From Octopus vulgaris (taxonomy: Eukaryota): DNA of 64,000 bases. Below are positions 59,279 through 64,000 of the stretch, piece after piece. Position 1 is the stretch's first letter. Every line of letters starts with the position of its first letter. Below the pieces are notes generated by a model, which saw only the letters and a list, made by a program, of their open reading frames with translations, made no database searches and had not been told where the DNA came from. Position numbers and translations under genes: made by a program. The stretch covers positions 104,346,001 to 104,410,000 of the forward strand of contig OX597814.1 in the NCBI GenBank assembly GCA_951406725.2, in the 5' to 3' direction.

Positions 59279-59820
59279 CATCTGTATACCCATCTCTTAT
59301 TCCTTTCTCACTGTCAATTTCTCTCTCTCTTCATCTGACTTTCTTTCTTAATCTCCATCGATTCGCCCTTTCTTTCTTTCACTCTCACCACCTCTTTCTC
59401 TCCCTTTTCTTCTTCTCATTATCAGTTCTTCACTTTTCACCCTTTACATCAAACATATTGAACTGACTTCAAATCTGCCAGACACCATTTTTAACTCTCG
59501 AACTATCTCCATTATTTTAAGAATTATCCAAATTGTTTCAAGAAAGTTCTTTAGAGTTTTATACAGCACCTGGTTTTACCGTTTCCAATGACTTACCTTT
59601 ATCGAATCACCTTTCGAAGTATTGTCTGTTGTCTATGTTTCTATATGTGTTCGTGCGTGTGCGTCAGTGTGTGTGTGCATGTGTGTGTCTGTGTGCATAA
59701 GCATGTATGTAGATATACGTGTGTTGGGGCCAGCATATGTATGCAAGTGCGTCAAATGTATGTTTATGTATGTGGATATATGGGAGCATTTACACGCTTG
59801 TATGCATCTGTATGTATCCA

Positions 59821-59902
<82 letters not shown>

Positions 59903-60445
59903 TACAAACATATATAAATATGTGTGTGAGCATTTATATGTATGTGTAGGCATCTGCTATATGTATGTATATATATATATATATATATATATAGATATAC
60001 ACATGCAGTTACATATTTAAATGTGTATGTGTGCGTATCCACTTTATATATATATGTATATATTACATACACATATATATGTGTGTACGTGTGTATGTGT
60101 TTATATCCATTAGCTTATCTTTATTGCCATGTTAGGAATAATTTCAGAGAAGGAAAAAAGCACAACCTAAAAGCAAACCGAAAACAACAACAAAAAGCAA
60201 AGCGTCAGTATCACCAGTAATGTTTTATAGCCGAGTGTGAAAGTGACGCTTTCTTGTCATTTTCGCATTCTCTTACCAGTACCAATTTATCTCTCGCTCC
60301 GTTTTAACTTTGAATATACTGCAGCTCTAACCGCAAACGTATAAAACATCATCATATTTTTTTTATAGCATATTTCGCTAGCATCACATTCGCCAGGCAC
60401 ACACACACATACACACACACACACTATACATTCATATGCACGTAC

Positions 60446-60487
<42 letters not shown>

Positions 60488-60818
60488 AGCATACACATAT
60501 ATGTATGTACAAGTATACATATATATGCATACATACATATATGCATAAATATATATATACATACACACACATGTGTATTTATTCACACACACATACGTAT
60601 ATTATTTTTCTTTTAAAACTTTTCGCCATTAATTTAATCTCCTATTCAATTCGACTGATTAAATCATTTTTTTTCTTGTTTTGTTTCTCTTTAAAAGTTT
60701 ACTTGTAAATATCACTGTGTGTTGACACGTTTTCTATGTTGAGAATGGGCAGAGAAAAAGCTTCGCTTTAACATGCCAGTGTGTATGATAAAATATGAAA
60801 CACCTACACTTTGTTGTC

Positions 60819-60849
<31 letters not shown>

Positions 60850-61049
60850 ACCACGTGACTATAATGGATTACGGTCATCTCGCAACCTTCTTACGTAGAC
60901 ACCTCACATCACACATCCTTCACATCCTTCACATCCTTGCAATTGATTACTATGTGGACAGTTAGCCGAGTCCGTAAGAGGAACTTTCTATGTTAGCTGC
61001 ACGATTCTCTGAATCTACATCTTATATTACTCATTTCTAAATTTAATAC

Positions 61050-61620
61050 ATCCCCATTTTTCGCTCGGGCACAGGTACAGAAAAATATTTAATAGGTTAG
61101 TTACTCAGCTTCTAAATATGTTATATCAGAGGTCATAATGCCGCGATGTTGAATAGAAGAGAAATGCAAATAGCTAGTCAACAAAAATATTTCAACTGTA
61201 AGTTTCGTGAGAAGTGTCCCCTATACGGTAACTGCCTGGCAAAGTCGATAGTATACTGTGAAGAGAACGAATCAAACAGCAGTAATCAACCTAAAGCTTA
61301 TAAAGAAACGGGACTCGCGTTCAAAAGTCGTTATTACAAGCATAAACATTCATTTGTCAGCTCCGGCGGAAAATTTGTCATAGCTTTGTCAAAGTTTATA
61401 TAGCGTGAGACAAGTCGTCATGAATTCAAAATTCTCTGGTCTACAGTAGATGATGTGCAACGATCCAGGAATGAGAGCATCAAATCAAAGATGCAGCGTG
61501 ACCTTTGTGCGAAAAACTGAGAATCTTTACTCAAACGCTTCAATAATTTGAACAAAAGAAGTGAACTGCTAACGCCTTGTATGTACGCGGCTAAGTATCT
61601 TTTATGCAAATACAAGTCTC
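61050..61620 (+). mobile_element. Penelope-like C-terminal Cys motif plus GIY-YIG endonuclease fragment
   Basis: HRYRKIFNR; NCKFREKCPLYGNCLAKSIVY; FKSRYYKHKHSF; LSKFI; ILWST; LNKRSELLTPC. Confidence 0.85.
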
Positions 61621-61757
61621 CTTGACTTTCGTTCTGGTTCAGAGAAAAAAGCGTTGATTTTTCGAAATCTTTAATTAATTTTAGGTTTTATTAATATATG
61701 TTTTAATATATCAGTAAATAGATACGTATATATATATTTCTATATGTGAGTATATAT

Positions 61758-61806
<49 letters not shown>

Positions 61807-61811
<5 letters not shown>

Positions 61812-62189
61812 ATATATAAACGGCAGTTTGTCTGTGCGTGTTTCTGTGTGTCTGTTAGGTTGTACCCTCACCCTGACCACGGCTTTCAACCGATTCTGAT
61901 GAAACTTGACACACACATAGCCCAATGTCATAATTCAAAACTAACGCAGCGAAAATTTTGAAAAGTTCCCCCAGTTCTGAAAAAAATCGATAAATTCGAC
62001 ATGGGGTCGAGAATCAGAAACACAAACCAAAAACTGTCTAGGGGACGCAACTCCACTTTTTTTAAATCTTAAAAAAAAATTTACCATCATTTTTTTCCAT
62101 TTTTTTGCTATTTTTTGGCTATAAATCTCTAAAAATGCTTTATAGTTATTTCCCTTACAAACCTGAGCAACGCCGGGCGATACTGCTAG
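61807..62189 (+). mobile_element. Non-autonomous Helitron, family B
   Basis: A|TC ... cctgagcaacgccgggcgatactgCTAG|T. Confidence 0.9.
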
Positions 62190-62364
62190 TATATATATAA
62201 ACATAGATGGATCTGAATATATGTATGTTTATATGTATACGTGAATACATATATGTCTATATATGTCTATATGTGTGTACATGTGTGTATATGTATGCGT
62301 CTGCACAGGCGCATTCAAAATGAACACCCGCATACACACTCATTGTTTCCAAAAACATTAATTA

Positions 62365-63239
62365 CTAGCAGAATTGCCAGGCGATGCTCGGGGCTGAATT
62401 GCTTGAAAGTACTGTTAATGATTGCACTGAATTATGATGATTATTCAGGCAAATATTGATATAAGTTTACGGTGGGAGATAAGGACTTAACGATCAAACG
62501 TGTGCCATTGCATTGTTTTGGGGGAACCAAATTTCTAATGAGCATTTTAGGGGCACCAACTTTAAGTTTGAGAATGTGTGGTGGTAGTCCGGGGGTCTCA
62601 AAGGAATTGAGTACCTCTATTGGATAGTTGATGACGTCCTCTGGGTCAGGAGTTGTATCGATAGACTGATATACATAGACTTCCCCAGGAATGATTTTTA
62701 GCATTTCATCATTAATATGGTGAACAGTTTTATTCCTCGGGGCCAGAATAGCCCTTTCGCCAATCCAATCCATATTCTGATAATTAGCTTGTAGATCTGG
62801 GAACACTGCATCTCTGAGATCAGAAGGCGTTTTAACAATGGTACAAATGGAATCGATGGCAATATTACCATTTTCATCCCCTGGTATTTTGCCTTCGCCA
62901 AGTTGAGAGTTAAAAAGGTCGAGTTGCGTCCCCTAGACAGTCTGTACCAGGAATAGCTGGATATTGATGGAGTTGAGAGTTAAAAAGGTCGAGTTGCATC
63001 CCCTAGACAGTCTGTGGTTTGTGTTTCTGATTCTCGACCCCATGTCAAATTTATCGATTTTTTTCAGAACTGGGAGAACTTTTCAAAATTTTGGCTGCGT
63101 TAGTTTTGAATTATGACATTGGGCTATGTGTGTGTCAAGTTTCATCAGAATCGGTTGAAAGCCGTGGTCAGGGTGAGGGTACAACCTAACAGACACACAG
63201 ACACGCACACAGACAAACTGCCGTTTATATAGAGAGAGA
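62365..63239 (-). mobile_element. Helitron with family B 5' end and internal helicase fragment
   Basis: A|TC at 63239; 3' cccgagcatcgcctggcaattctgCTAG|T; about 240 bp shared with 61807-62050. Confidence 0.9.
62441..62806 (-). pseudogene. Fragment of Helitron RepHel PIF1-like helicase
   Basis: ERAILAPRN, YPIEVLNSFETPGLPPHILKLKVGAP.MLIRNL...CNGTRL. Confidence 0.9.
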
Positions 63240-63486
63240 TAAGTATTAATTAAAAGTGTTACTTAAAAGTATTATTTTGGAACATTGCTTAAACAGCAAA
63301 ACGTTCATTTCATACTTCAAAATATATTCAGATAGATGTTTTCTAAAAAAAAAAAAACAATCAGACTCGGTTTACCAGCTGATGATTGGCAAGGAGTGAG
63401 CAAATCAGTGGAGACAAATTAACAACTCTGAGTACTGTAAATCGGAAACTTACAGTTATAATGTGTGTATGTATGTATGTATGTAT

Positions 63487-63800
63487 AAAGGGTAAAGACC
63501 CCTTCGGTCATGAATGACCATGGGTTTGTACCAAGAAAATTACTCTCCGAGGAACGAGTAAGATTGATTATGGAAGACCAGCAGCCACCCATGCATAGAA
63601 GACTCCTCTCTCCACGCCACTGATTTTATCCAAGGGGCCGATACAGCTTGGCACCTGTGACGTCGCAACTCATTTCTACAGCTGAGTGAAATAAAGTGTC
63701 TAGCTAAAAAAAAAACAACACACAACCTGATCCGGGAATCGAACTCGCTACTTCATGATTGTGAGCCTGACTTTCTAACCACTGAGCCATGCGCCTTCAC
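63487..63800 (-). mobile_element. tRNA-derived SINE, family 4
   Basis: A box tggctcagtgg, B box agttcgattcc; tail ends ctttacccttt. Confidence 0.85.
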
Positions 63801-63907
<107 letters not shown>

Positions 63908-64000
63908 AATATATGTGTATATATATATATGTATATATGTGTGTGTGTATATACATATATATGTGTATATATATATAGACATATATATATATATATATAT

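Overview
AT-rich, microsatellite-saturated eukaryotic DNA that looks intergenic or intronic. The repeat landscape resembles an octopod cephalopod genome (inference from the repeat families, not tested). No intact host protein-coding gene can be supported, and most listed ORFs are translations of microsatellites. Recognisable content: four tRNA-derived SINE families; three mariner (Tc1/mariner) relics, one full-length with both TIRs; pogo/Tigger- and piggyBac-type MITEs; four Helitrons plus a Helentron-like element; Penelope-like fragments, two with GIY-YIG endonuclease; and CR1-, RTE-, Tx1/L1- and R4/Dong-like LINE fragments. Most interesting: (1) a dispersed short repeat carrying a minimal type I hammerhead ribozyme motif with compensatory base changes, twice found next to perfect fold-back DNA; (2) two REL-endonuclease LINE lineages that appear to target different microsatellites, (TAA)n and (ATAC)n; (3) one SINE head/body joined to four unrelated tails; (4) Helitrons with swapped ends. 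A CpG-richer promoter-like island at about 44.4-45.5 kb and a few weak minus-strand exon candidates are also flagged.
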